Origin: an uncultured Myxococcales bacterium
Lineage (GTDB): Bacteria; Myxococcota_A; Polyangia; JAHFDS01
Assembly (NCBI GenBank): GCA_964593795.1
Contig: CAZQJC010000017.1
Location: 81,389-113,387, forward strand
Length of the DNA: 31,999 nt
Direction of reading: 5' to 3'
Shown here: one piece after another, positions 1-9,850 of the stretch
Layout: each line of letters opens with the position of its first letter
Position numbering within the stretch: position 1 is the stretch's first letter
Position numbers and translations under genes: made by a program
The notes under the pieces: model-generated
The model's database searches: none
What the model was told of the DNA's origin: nothing
What the model saw: only the letters and a program-made list of their open reading frames with translations

Positions 1-295
1 TGGCGGCCTCCTGCTGCTTGCCCTGGTCGTCGTAGACGATGACCTCGAACTGCTTGCCGAGGACCCCGCCCGCGGCGTTGAGCTCCTTGCGCGCGAGCTC
101 GACACCGTCACGCGTGGACACGCCGAAGGTCGCGGTTGCGCCCGTGAGCGAGCCGTACTCGCCGACCTTGATGGTCGCGCCCGATGGCGCAGGCCCCGCG
201 GATCCGGCCGCGCCCTTGTCCACCTGCTTGCTGGGGCACCCCCCTGCGAGCAGGGCGAGCGCCGCGATCCCGAGCCACCGACGGTCCCCGTGCAT
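1..295 (-). CDS. Branched-chain amino acid ABC transporter substrate-binding lipoprotein (LivK/LivJ family), N-terminal part; continues past window start
   Basis: Reverse strand from ATG at 295..293 encodes MHGDRRWLGIAALALLAGGCPSKQ... (lipoprotein signal with lipobox LAGGC). This is followed by IKVGEYGSLTGATATFGVSTRDGVELARKELNAAGGVLGKQFEVIVYDDQGKQ, typical of Leu/Ile/Val-binding proteins. Not in the ORF track because it runs off the edge. Confidence 0.7.
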   Translation of the reverse strand, partial: MHGDRRWLGIAALALLAGGCPSKQVDKGAAGSAGPAPSGATIKVGEYGSLTGATATFGVSTRDGVELARKELNAAGGVLGKQFEVIVYDDQGKQQEAA

Positions 296-296
296 C

Positions 297-1823
297 ATGG
301 CCCGGCGACGTATCATATACTCCTGGGCCGTGTCGATAGGAGCAGGGGGCAGAGGGCGGCTGCCGAGCCGGATCCGGGGCCGAATCGGCCTCGCCACGGT
401 GGCGCTCGCGGGCCTGCTCGCCGGCAGAGCCGAGGCCCGCACCATCGCGGTCGGCGACGTGGCCGCGTTGCGCGCGGCGGTCGCGGCCGCCTCCCCCGGC
501 GACGTCCTCGAGCTCGCGCCGGGCACCTACGAGATCGACCAGACGATCGACTGCACGCGGCCGGGGCAGGCGACCGCGCCGGTGGTCGTACGCGCCGCGA
601 CGCCGCTCGGCGCCGTCCTTCGCGTCAGCGTGCAGGAGGGCTTCCGCGTCAAGGCCGCGTACTGGCGGTTCGAGGGGCTCGACGTGGTCGGGACCTGCTC
701 GACCGACGATCTCTGCGAGCACGCGTTCCACCTCTCGGGCGACGCCGACGGCGTCGTGCTGCGGGGCAACCGGCTGCGCAACTTCAACGCGCAGGTGAAG
801 TCGAACGGGGACCCCACCGGCGCGGGCGGGCGCTACCCCGACGACGTGGTGATCGAGGGCAACGAGCTCTTCGACGAGGCGGCGCGACAGACCTCGAACC
901 CGGTGACGAAGCTCGACGTGGTCGGCGGGCGGCGCTGGGTGGTGCGCGCGAACCACATCCACGACTTCGAGAAGGGCGGCGGCGACGGCATCAGCTACGG
1001 CGCCTTCTTGAAGGGCCACTCGATGGGGGGCCTCTTCGAGCGCAACCTCGTGGCCTGCGAATCGCGCGGCACGCGCACGGGAACGCGCATCGGGCTCTCG
1101 TTCGGCGGCGGCGGCTCGTCGCCCGACACCATCTGCGAGGAGGGCACGTGCACGCCCGAGCACGACGGCGGCACGCTGCGCAACAACATCATCCTGCGCT
1201 GCAGCGACGTGGGCGTCTACGTCAACAAGGGCGCTCGCTCGCGGATCCTCGCGAACACGCTCTACCTCACGACCGGCATCGACGTGCGCTTTGCCGAGAC
1301 GTCCGCCGAGGTGCGGAACAACGTCACCGACGGGCGCATCCGCACCCGCGACGGCGCGGTGCTGATGACCGGCCTCAACCTCGAGGAGGTAGCCCTCGGC
1401 TACCTCGATCTGGCGTTCCGCAACCCGGGCGCCGCCGACTTCGCCCCGGTGGGCGACCTGTCGATGATGCTCGACCGCGGCGAGCCCCTCGCCGACGTGA
1501 CCGACGACTACTGCGGCCATCCGCGCACGGGCGCGACGAACCGCGTCCCGGACCTCGGCGCGCTCGAGCTCCTGCCGGGCCCCGTGTGCGACACGAGGCG
1601 CCCGCCGTTCGACGGCGGCGGCGGTGCGGCGGGCGATGGCGGCACGGCGGGGCCGGTGGACGGAGGCGCCCCGGACGCCGCGCGGGCGATGGGGAACTTC
1701 CCGGGCGGCTCGAGCACGCTGCCGGTGGACGAGAAGAAGGGCTGCGCCGCGGCTGGGACCGGCCGCGGCGCCTGTTGGCCGATGGTGCTCCTCCTCCTCC
1801 TGCGCCGGCGCCCGCGCGGATGA
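297..1823 (+). CDS. Secreted right-handed parallel beta-helix (pectin-lyase-fold) protein with C-terminal MYXO-CTERM sorting signal
   Basis: ATG at 297 (MARRRIIYSW...). Long Arg-rich N-region then hydrophobic core GLATVALAGLLAG-RAEA. Repeated beta-helix-like segments (NNIILRCSDVGVYVNKGARSRILANTLYLTTGIDVRF). C-terminus GCAAAGTGRGACWPMVLLLLLRRRPRG matches the Cys-containing / TM / Arg-cluster architecture of MYXO-CTERM. Confidence 0.65.
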   Translation: MARRRIIYSWAVSIGAGGRGRLPSRIRGRIGLATVALAGLLAGRAEARTIAVGDVAALRAAVAAASPGDVLELAPGTYEIDQTIDCTRPGQATAPVVVRAATPLGAVLRVSVQEGFRVKAAYWRFEGLDVVGTCSTDDLCEHAFHLSGDADGVVLRGNRLRNFNAQVKSNGDPTGAGGRYPDDVVIEGNELFDEAARQTSNPVTKLDVVGGRRWVVRANHIHDFEKGGGDGISYGAFLKGHSMGGLFERNLVACESRGTRTGTRIGLSFGGGGSSPDTICEEGTCTPEHDGGTLRNNIILRCSDVGVYVNKGARSRILANTLYLTTGIDVRFAETSAEVRNNVTDGRIRTRDGAVLMTGLNLEEVALGYLDLAFRNPGAADFAPVGDLSMMLDRGEPLADVTDDYCGHPRTGATNRVPDLGALELLPGPVCDTRRPPFDGGGGAAGDGGTAGPVDGGAPDAARAMGNFPGGSSTLPVDEKKGCAAAGTGRGACWPMVLLLLLRRRPRG

Positions 1824-2632
1824 TCCGGCTCCTCGCCCTCGACATCGACGGCACGCTCCTGCGGCGAGACGGCACGATCGATCCGCGTGATCGTGCGGCC
1901 ATCGCACGAGCCCGCGGCGCCGGCCTCAGCGTGACCCTGTGCACCGGGCGCATCTGGTCGGGCACCGCGGCGCTCGCCGCGGCCCTGGGCATCGACCTCG
2001 AGGTGGTGTGCGCCGACGGCTCGAGCGTGGTCTGCGCCCGTCGCTCCCTCGAGGTGGAGGCCCACGCGCTGAGCGTCGCCGAGCTCGAGGATCTGCTCGG
2101 GCAGTGCGCCGCGGCGCCGGGGCTCGCGCCCTTCCTGCTCTCGAACCACGAGGTGCGCCACGACCTGCGCGGCGCGCCGCACCTGCCGTACGTACGCGGC
2201 TGGAGCCCCGAGCTCCGCTCGCTGCCGGCGGTCACGGCCACCGACGACGTCCTCATGGGCGTGGCCCTCGGCGATCGTGACCTCATCGAGGTCACCGCGG
2301 ACTTCATGCTGGCGCGCCACGGCGAGCGGCTGCAGGTGATCAAGTTCCCCTCGCGCCGCGGGACCGGCACCTGGGCGCTGCTCCTGCGGCGGGCGGGTCA
2401 GACCAAGGGCAGCGCGATGGTCGCGCTCGGCGCGCGCCTCGGTCACGCGCCCGAGGAGCTCGCGGCCGTAGGCGACTGGTGGAACGACCTCACGATGCTC
2501 AAGGCCGTCGGGCGATCCTTTGCGATGGGCCAGGCACCGGCCGAGGTGGCGGCCGCGGCCAACGAGCGCCTCTCCGCCACCGACGAGACGGGCGGAGGCG
2601 TCGCCGAGGCCATCGCGCGCATCCTGGGGTGA
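1820..2632 (+). CDS. HAD-superfamily hydrolase, Cof-like (sugar-phosphatase type)
   Basis: MIRLLALDIDGTLL (motif I DxDGT) ... C-terminal GDWWNDLTMLKAVGRSFAMGQA (motif IV). ATG overlaps the upstream TGA (ATGA), implying translational coupling with the beta-helix gene. Confidence 0.75.
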   Translation: MIRLLALDIDGTLLRRDGTIDPRDRAAIARARGAGLSVTLCTGRIWSGTAALAAALGIDLEVVCADGSSVVCARRSLEVEAHALSVAELEDLLGQCAAAPGLAPFLLSNHEVRHDLRGAPHLPYVRGWSPELRSLPAVTATDDVLMGVALGDRDLIEVTADFMLARHGERLQVIKFPSRRGTGTWALLLRRAGQTKGSAMVALGARLGHAPEELAAVGDWWNDLTMLKAVGRSFAMGQAPAEVAAAANERLSATDETGGGVAEAIARILG

Positions 2633-2662
2633 CCACCGCGTCGACGGCCGATTCTGCACTTC

Positions 2663-4186
2663 GTGGCTCCCCGGATTGACTTGCCAGCGCCACGCGTGCC
2701 GGCGACCATCGAGCCGGGGTCCGTGAAGGAACGCAGGGTTTCTCGACGCGTGCGGGTGGAGTTGTCCGTCGGGGACGACCTCGACGTCGGGTTCACCTCG
2801 GCGCTCTGGGACGCCGGCTTCGCCCTCGAGACGCGTCGGCTCGCCAAGGTAGGCACGCCGGTCCGAGGCCACGCGCTGCTGCCAGGTGCCCAGTCCGGCG
2901 GGAGCGCGCGCGTCGCCTTCGAGGGTCAGGTCTCGGCGGTCGTCCCCGGCGATCCGACCACGGTGCGCCCGCCGCTCCTCGAGGTGACCTTCGGTGACGC
3001 CATCGACCCGCGGTGGACCTCGTTCGTGTTTCGACTGACCGGCGTCCCCGAGAGCACCGCCCCGCGCCCGGCCGCGACCGACTCCCAGCTCGTCGCCCCA
3101 CCCGCGCCTGGTCCCGTGGACGACCCGCGCACCGCCCGGAGCAGCACCATCCGTCGCGCCGTTCGCGCCGGGGGCCGGCGAGAGTCGCGGAAGTTCCCGC
3201 GCTTCGACTGCAAGCTCGAGGCGCGGTACGAGTTCTTCGTGGGCCCGGTGGCCGAGCGCAACCACCTCGGCGAGATCCTCGACGTCAGCCGTGGCGGCTG
3301 TCGCCTGAGCACCGGCGAGCGCAAGGAGGCCCCGTTCTCGCGCGCGTTCGTGCACCTCAAGCTGCCCGTCGGCGACAAGGTCCGCATGCTGGCCGTCGTG
3401 CGCTGGTCGGTGGCGCCCGCCGAGGGGCGCCCCGGCTCGATGGGCGTCCAGTTCGAGTCGGGACAGACGCTCTCCCCGGCGTACGAGCAGTACCTCGCGC
3501 AGCTCGAGGTCGCAGAGGCCGAGCGCCTGGCCCGCGAGGCGCCGCCACCGGAGCCGATTCCGCCCCCCGTGGTGCCGCCGGTTCGGCGCCAGGCGACGAT
3601 CGGCCTTCGCGAGGTCGCCGAGGTGGCGCGCGCGGCGCAGCAGGCCCGGACCGGCACGCCGCCGCCCCCGACCAGGCGCGACGAGACGTTCCCCATGTGG
3701 CGCGGGCCGGGTGGGCGGATCATGACGCCGGACCCGGCGAGCGCGCCACTCGAGCCGCCCCTGCCCGCTGCGCCGCGGACGACTCCCGCGCCGCCACCGC
3801 CCGCGCGGACCACGCCGCCGCCCTCGGCTCCCCCGCGAGCCACGGCTCCGCCCGCGGAGCGCACGCGAACGGCGCCGCCGCCCGCGGCTCCCGGGGGGGA
3901 CGCCGAGGCGAAGGTGGCGGACCTCCTGTCCGAATACCTCGCCTCGCCCGAGCCACCGCCCGCGCCCACCACGGCTCCCCCCGATCCCGCGCCCGCGCCG
4001 CCCGACGAGGCGTTCGCGAGCATGCTGCGCGACTACGTCGTGGAGGAGCCCGCGGCGGCCCAGCAGGTGCCGTCACCGCCTCCCGAGCCTCCTGCCAGCC
4101 CGGCACCGGCCGCCAGGCCCGCGAACGTCGACTTCCTCCTCTACGACTACCTGACGGACGATCCCGCGAAGAAGAAAAAGACCTGA
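2663..4186 (+). CDS. Tandem PilZ-domain (c-di-GMP binding) protein with long Pro/Ala-rich C-terminal tail
   Basis: Second domain has canonical RxxxR...D/NxSxGG (RRESRKFPRFDC ... ILDVSRGGCRLS). First domain has RRVSRRVRVEL with a degenerate second motif. The C-terminal ~200 aa are low-complexity Pro-rich. Start is ambiguous (GTG at 2663 or GTG at ~2720). Confidence 0.6.
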   Translation: MAPRIDLPAPRVPATIEPGSVKERRVSRRVRVELSVGDDLDVGFTSALWDAGFALETRRLAKVGTPVRGHALLPGAQSGGSARVAFEGQVSAVVPGDPTTVRPPLLEVTFGDAIDPRWTSFVFRLTGVPESTAPRPAATDSQLVAPPAPGPVDDPRTARSSTIRRAVRAGGRRESRKFPRFDCKLEARYEFFVGPVAERNHLGEILDVSRGGCRLSTGERKEAPFSRAFVHLKLPVGDKVRMLAVVRWSVAPAEGRPGSMGVQFESGQTLSPAYEQYLAQLEVAEAERLAREAPPPEPIPPPVVPPVRRQATIGLREVAEVARAAQQARTGTPPPPTRRDETFPMWRGPGGRIMTPDPASAPLEPPLPAAPRTTPAPPPPARTTPPPSAPPRATAPPAERTRTAPPPAAPGGDAEAKVADLLSEYLASPEPPPAPTTAPPDPAPAPPDEAFASMLRDYVVEEPAAAQQVPSPPPEPPASPAPAARPANVDFLLYDYLTDDPAKKKKT

Positions 4187-4246
4187 CGCCAGGCCCCAGG
4201 CCCGATGGGCTCGAACCAGCGCTTGGATGCGCTGCGGCATCCGCCT

Positions 4247-4383
4247 TCGAGGCGAGCGCAGCTCGCCGCAAGGGCGTAGCGAAGCGAAGACGCAGGGTGG
4301 GGGGCCCGTGAGGCCATGCCGAGCGGGGGTGGGGCGGCGCGCCCCGCCTGCGGACGCCTTCCGAGGCGTCCGATCGTAACTAG
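4247..4383. repeat. Copy A of a multi-hairpin intergenic repeat element (shared with 28816..28995)
   Basis: Aligns to 28843..28995: ttcgagGcgagcgcagc...cgcaagggcgtagcga(a)gcg...aagacgcaggg.gggggccc..., then hairpins GGGGC/GCCCC and GGACGCC-ttccga-GGCGTCC. Ends with CTAG, whose TAG is the kamA stop codon. Confidence 0.6.
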
Positions 4384-5765
4384 CCGCGCTGGAAGCGGCG
4401 CGCCTTGTCGAGCGCCTCGTCGAGCATGGGCTGGTGCTGCGCGGGATCGGCCCAGCGCGCCTGGCCGGCCGCCGGTAGCTCGTCGATCGGGTCGAAGTAA
4501 TAGAAGTAGCGATCGGCCTTCACGGCGGGGCTCGTGAACACCGACACCCCGGTCGTGCGGTCGTAGTGCTCGAACGAGTGCGCGTCGCGCTTGCCGCCGC
4601 CACCGGGCGCGTCCACGACGAAGGTCGGCGTGTTGAAGCCGGCCGTGGCCCCGCGCACGTGCTTCTCGAGCGCAATCGCGGTCGCCAGGGTCGTGCGCAG
4701 ATCCTCGACGCCCTGCACGAGGTCGTGCACGTAGACGTAGTAGGGGTGCACGTTGACGAGCGCGAGGCGCCGCAAGAGGAGGGTCATCACCTCGGGCGCG
4801 TCGTTGACCCGGCGCTGCAGCACCGACTGGTTCCGCACGAAGATCCCGCGCTCGAACAGCACGTCCATCGCGCGGCGCGTGATCTCGGTGACCTCGGCCG
4901 GGTGGTTGAAGTGCGTGTGGAGGACGACCTCCTTGTGCATCTTGCGCCCGCGCTCGACCACCCGCGTCAGCGCGTCGAGCCACGCGTGGTCGGTCAGGAT
5001 CTTCTGCGGCATCACCGCCGGCCCCTTGGTCGCAAAGCGCATGCGGCGGATGTTCGGCATCTCGAGCAGCGTCATGCCGATCGCCTCGATCTGCTCGGCG
5101 CGCAGGTTGTACGCGTCGCCGCCCGAGATCACGATGTCCTCGAGCTCCGGCCGGGACTCGATGTAGCGGTAGGCCTTCTTCCAGCGCTCCTCGTTGACCT
5201 TGAGCTGGACCTTCTCGACCTCCTCGGTGTCGATGCCGACCGCGTAGCTGCGCGTGCAGAAGCGGCAGTACACCGGGCACGTGTTGAGCGGCAGGAAGAG
5301 CGCCTTGTCGACGTAGCGGTGGGTCAGCCCCGGCACCGGCGCGTCCGCCTGCTCGCCGAGGGAGTCGAGCCCGAGCTTCGGGTGGTCCGGCAGGAGCTTC
5401 GTCCCGACGGGGATGAACTGGATGCGCAGCGGGTCGTTGTACGGATCCGCCCAGTCGATGAGCGAGAGGAGGTACGGCGAGACGCGCACGCTCATGGGCG
5501 CCCGCGCGAAGCCCGCCTCGGCGTCCTGGAAGAAGCTCTCCGGCGCGAGGCCCTTGATCGCGTCGAGGAGCTTTCTCGCGTTGGTGATCGAGTGCTTGGC
5601 CTGCCAGTGGTGGTCGAGGAACTCCGCCTCCGACACGCCCGCGTACGACGGGATCCGGCGCCAGAAATCCCCACCGAGCAGCTCGCGGTGCGCGAGCGAC
5701 TTCGGGTCCACAGGGGGCTTCTGCGCGGGGACCGCTTCCTCTGAAATCACGGACAGCGACGACAT
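4380..5765 (-). CDS. kamA: Lysine 2,3-aminomutase family radical SAM protein (KamA/EpmB-like)
   Basis: [10 protein letters not shown] (CxxxCxxC radical-SAM cluster motif typical of the KamA family). Length 461 aa. ATG at 5765..5763 ([10 protein letters not shown]). The 1197-aa ORF in the track is an artefactual upstream extension. Confidence 0.75.
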   Translation of the reverse strand: MSSLSVISEEAVPAQKPPVDPKSLAHRELLGGDFWRRIPSYAGVSEAEFLDHHWQAKHSITNARKLLDAIKGLAPESFFQDAEAGFARAPMSVRVSPYLLSLIDWADPYNDPLRIQFIPVGTKLLPDHPKLGLDSLGEQADAPVPGLTHRYVDKALFLPLNTCPVYCRFCTRSYAVGIDTEEVEKVQLKVNEERWKKAYRYIESRPELEDIVISGGDAYNLRAEQIEAIGMTLLEMPNIRRMRFATKGPAVMPQKILTDHAWLDALTRVVERGRKMHKEVVLHTHFNHPAEVTEITRRAMDVLFERGIFVRNQSVLQRRVNDAPEVMTLLLRRLALVNVHPYYVYVHDLVQGVEDLRTTLATAIALEKHVRGATAGFNTPTFVVDAPGGGGKRDAHSFEHYDRTTGVSVFTSPAVKADRYFYYFDPIDELPAAGQARWADPAQHQPMLDEALDKARRFQRG

Positions 5766-5849
5766 GCGCGTCTTATAGCGCACCGGCGAAGCGAGGCGAC
5801 TTGCGTTTCGATGATCCAGGCGGCCGGGGGCGCTATACTCGCCGCCCCC

Positions 5850-7526
<1,677 letters not shown>

Positions 7527-7665
7527 CCAGTGGCTAGGGGTGGCGCCCCATGGAACGCCACCGTTGCTCGACCTCTGACACAACTCGACATGATCCGGCC
7601 GGCAAGGCCGCGAAAGTCCGTCGTCGTGTGGTGGTACGCCGGTTGCTTTGTGCTCCTGGTTACGA

Positions 7666-8289
7666 ATGGACTGGCGCAGAAGCATCGGGATCGTGGGGCT
7701 GGCGCTCGCGGCTGGCGGCTGCAAGGACTTCATCGACGTCTCGAGCCGCGGCACGATGGAGGTGTCGTCGAACGCCTCGAGCGGCTCGTCGTCGGCCGCC
7801 GCCGGAGGCGGCGCCATCATCGCGACCGACTGGCGCAAGACGGGCACGGAGCGCCGCTCGCAGGTGGTCGGCGGCGAGCACCCGCACGCGGTGATGGCCC
7901 CGGAGGCCCGCGGGGACCAGGTGGTCGTGCGGGTCAGCACCGCCAGGGCGCGCGACTGCCTCGTCACCGTCACCGAGTCCTGGGCGAAGTTCGCGCGCTA
8001 CGAGAACGGCACCGAGCGCGCCATCGACCGCAAGGCAGAGGAGTCGCGCGTGACGGAGCTGTGCGAGGTCGCGCCGGCGGGGGGCGTGCCGGTCGTGATC
8101 GAGGACGACAAGCACAGGGTCGTGCTCTCCGCGACTAGCGACGGTACTGGCCGGGCCGAGGCGACCGTCCCCGTGACGCGCCTGGCCGACGTGGCGTGGC
8201 TGCGACTGCGCGCCGGGGGACGCGAGATCCCCGACGGCGCGGTGCCCCTCTTCAAGCTCGCGCGCAGCAGCGGAGCCGGCAGACCATGA
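7666..8289 (+). CDS. Lipoprotein, hypothetical (paralog 1 of tandem pair)
   Basis: MDWRRSIGIVGLALAAGGC lipoprotein signal. Shares a C-terminal block with the next gene (DCLVTVTE...ELCEVAPAGGVPVVIED...SATSDGTGRAEATVPV). Confidence 0.55.
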   Translation: MDWRRSIGIVGLALAAGGCKDFIDVSSRGTMEVSSNASSGSSSAAAGGGAIIATDWRKTGTERRSQVVGGEHPHAVMAPEARGDQVVVRVSTARARDCLVTVTESWAKFARYENGTERAIDRKAEESRVTELCEVAPAGGVPVVIEDDKHRVVLSATSDGTGRAEATVPVTRLADVAWLRLRAGGREIPDGAVPLFKLARSSGAGRP

Positions 8290-8933
8290 CGGCGCTCATC
8301 CCCTCGGTCCTCGCGGTCCTCCTCCTCGGTGGGTGCGACCTCATGATCAAGCTGGCCGACCTGTCTTCGAGCGGGGGCGGGGGCGGTGCGTCGCGAGAGC
8401 GCGTCCAGGACCCGAGCCCGACCGGCGAGCAGCTCGTGTCGTCTCGTCGCGTCAAGGGGCCGCTCGGCGCGACCGCGCGCGTGCTCGCGCTGCACGCCTA
8501 CGAGAAGTCGCCGGGCCAGGTCGTGATGTCCCTCGAGGCCGCCGACGAGCGCCGCTGCGTGGTCAGCACGATCAACACCTACCGCATCGGAAAGGCCTCG
8601 CCTGGCGAGGGCGATCAGGGCAGCGCGAGCCGCACCAGCACCGAGGTCGAGGTGTGCGAGTCCGCGCCCGTCGCGGCGCCGATCGCGATCGCGTTCGCCG
8701 ACGGCGCCACGCTCGCGAGCGGCACGACGGGGCCGGACGGCAAGCTCGAGGTGGTCGTCACCCCCGACGTGTTCGCGACCCACGCGGGCGCGCCTGTCGC
8801 CACGCTCGGCGGTGCGCGCATCGCCACCGCCGACGCGGCCCTCGCCCAGCTCGCCGAGATGCTGCGCAAGCGGGCGCCCAAGGCGGGCGCCGAAAGGGCG
8901 CCGAACGTTACTGCAGCTTCTTCGACGCCGTGA
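8286..8933 (+). CDS. Lipoprotein, hypothetical (paralog 2 of tandem pair)
   Basis: MTALIPSVLAVLLLGGC lipobox. ATGA start/stop overlap with the upstream gene. Paralogous block RCVVSTINT...EVCESAPVAAPIAIAFADGATLASGTTGPDGKLEVVVTP. Confidence 0.55.
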   Translation: MTALIPSVLAVLLLGGCDLMIKLADLSSSGGGGGASRERVQDPSPTGEQLVSSRRVKGPLGATARVLALHAYEKSPGQVVMSLEAADERRCVVSTINTYRIGKASPGEGDQGSASRTSTEVEVCESAPVAAPIAIAFADGATLASGTTGPDGKLEVVVTPDVFATHAGAPVATLGGARIATADAALAQLAEMLRKRAPKAGAERAPNVTAASSTP

Positions 8934-9783
8934 CGGCGCCGGAGGGCAGGCGCTTGAGCGCCTCCTGGTAGACCTTCTTCGCGCGGTTGGCCTTCTCCTT
9001 GGCCACCGCGGCGTCGCTCATCTTGCCCATCGTGAGCTCGGCGAACGCGCGCCCCTGCTGCGCGCCGATGCGCTCGTGGACGTCGCGGGCGCCGACGGTG
9101 TCCCACTCCTTGCGCGAGCCCACCTTGACGCGGAGGACCTCTCCGTCCTTGTGCACGCCCACGAACGTGAGCTTCTCCAGGGCCGGCACCTTCTCGTACA
9201 GGCGATCCGCGTAGTCGAGGAAGTCCGTCACGGCCGCGACGTAGTTGATGCTGGCGCGCCACTCGTCCTTGCCGGGCTCGACGAACGGCAGCGTGAGGAC
9301 GACCGCCTTCTGCGCCTCCTCGATCTCGGTCTTCGGCTTCTTGCTGCCGACGAACGTGTCGCCCGCGAGCACGGCGGCGACCTGCTTGCCGAACGAGAGC
9401 TCGACCTTGTTGTCGAACGTCGGCCCGAAGTCGCCCCGCTTCTTGGTGACGCTCGCGATCCAGCCCTTGTCCGGGCTCTTCTGGGCCGCCTCGGCCGAGG
9501 GAAAGACGAAGGCGGAGACCTGCAGCGGCTCGCCGGCGCGCGTCATCATCTGGCGATAGAGGTGCTGCAGGACCTTGTCGAGCTCCTCGCGCTCGGGGAC
9601 GGCCGAGAGCGCGACGCGCACCTCGACAGTGTCGCGGTCCGCCGACACCTTGTCCTCCACGACGGTGAAGGCGGGCGTACCGGCCGGCGCCGCCGCGATG
9701 GGCGGCGGAGGCGGCGGTGCCTCCGGAGTGCTCGAACCCGAGCAGCCGACGAGCGCGAACAAGAGACCTGCGCAGAGCCGCAT
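8908..9783 (-). CDS. Lipoprotein, hypothetical
   Basis: Start at internal ATG 9783..9781 giving MRLCAGLLFALVGCSGS (lipobox), then a Pro-rich linker and a globular K/E-rich domain. Its 3' end overlaps the convergent paralog-2 lipoprotein gene (8286..8933, + strand) by 26 bp. Confidence 0.5.
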   Translation of the reverse strand: MRLCAGLLFALVGCSGSSTPEAPPPPPPIAAAPAGTPAFTVVEDKVSADRDTVEVRVALSAVPEREELDKVLQHLYRQMMTRAGEPLQVSAFVFPSAEAAQKSPDKGWIASVTKKRGDFGPTFDNKVELSFGKQVAAVLAGDTFVGSKKPKTEIEEAQKAVVLTLPFVEPGKDEWRASINYVAAVTDFLDYADRLYEKVPALEKLTFVGVHKDGEVLRVKVGSRKEWDTVGARDVHERIGAQQGRAFAELTMGKMSDAAVAKEKANRAKKVYQEALKRLPSGAVTASKKLQ

Positions 9784-9850
9784 GAAACCCCCGGGAAGAG
9801 AGGTGCGTACACTAGCACACACGCGTTTGCTCCGATCCCGGTTATCTTGA

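Noticed and set aside
108-1907. 599-aa ORF on the minus strand opposite the beta-helix gene. Similar long antisense ORFs at 1508..3355, 2926..4023, 4566..5744, 10805..15124 (1439 aa), 12918..14603, 16137..17660, 18337..20217, 20062..21210, 21621..22745, 23604..25169, 25214..26521, 26356..27822, 27062..28963 and 30210..31460.
   Set aside because: Arg/Ala/Gly/Pro-dominated translations with no domain signatures. They exist because stop codons are rare in ~72% GC DNA, and each overlaps a well-supported gene on the other strand or in another frame.
4195-4260. tRNA-like T-loop motif (minus-strand GGTTCGAGCCC) next to a 6-bp hairpin with GCA in the loop, possible tRNA-Cys fragment / integration scar.
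   Set aside because: No acceptable D-arm or acceptor stem can be built. T-stem has a mismatch. Loop position 2 is C not U. Most likely chance resemblance within a GC-rich hairpin.
7527-7665. Hairpin GGTGGCG-N10-CGCCACC right after the ettA stop, possible intrinsic terminator. Also checked for a small RNA/tRNA.
   Set aside because: No U-tract and a 10-nt loop. Cannot distinguish from chance in GC-rich DNA. No tRNA features.
9784-9850. Relatively AT-rich spacer with TTGATCAA palindrome (GATC) upstream of the 8908..9783 lipoprotein gene, possible promoter.
   Set aside because: No convincing -35/-10 pair at proper spacing could be assigned by eye. Left as unannotated.
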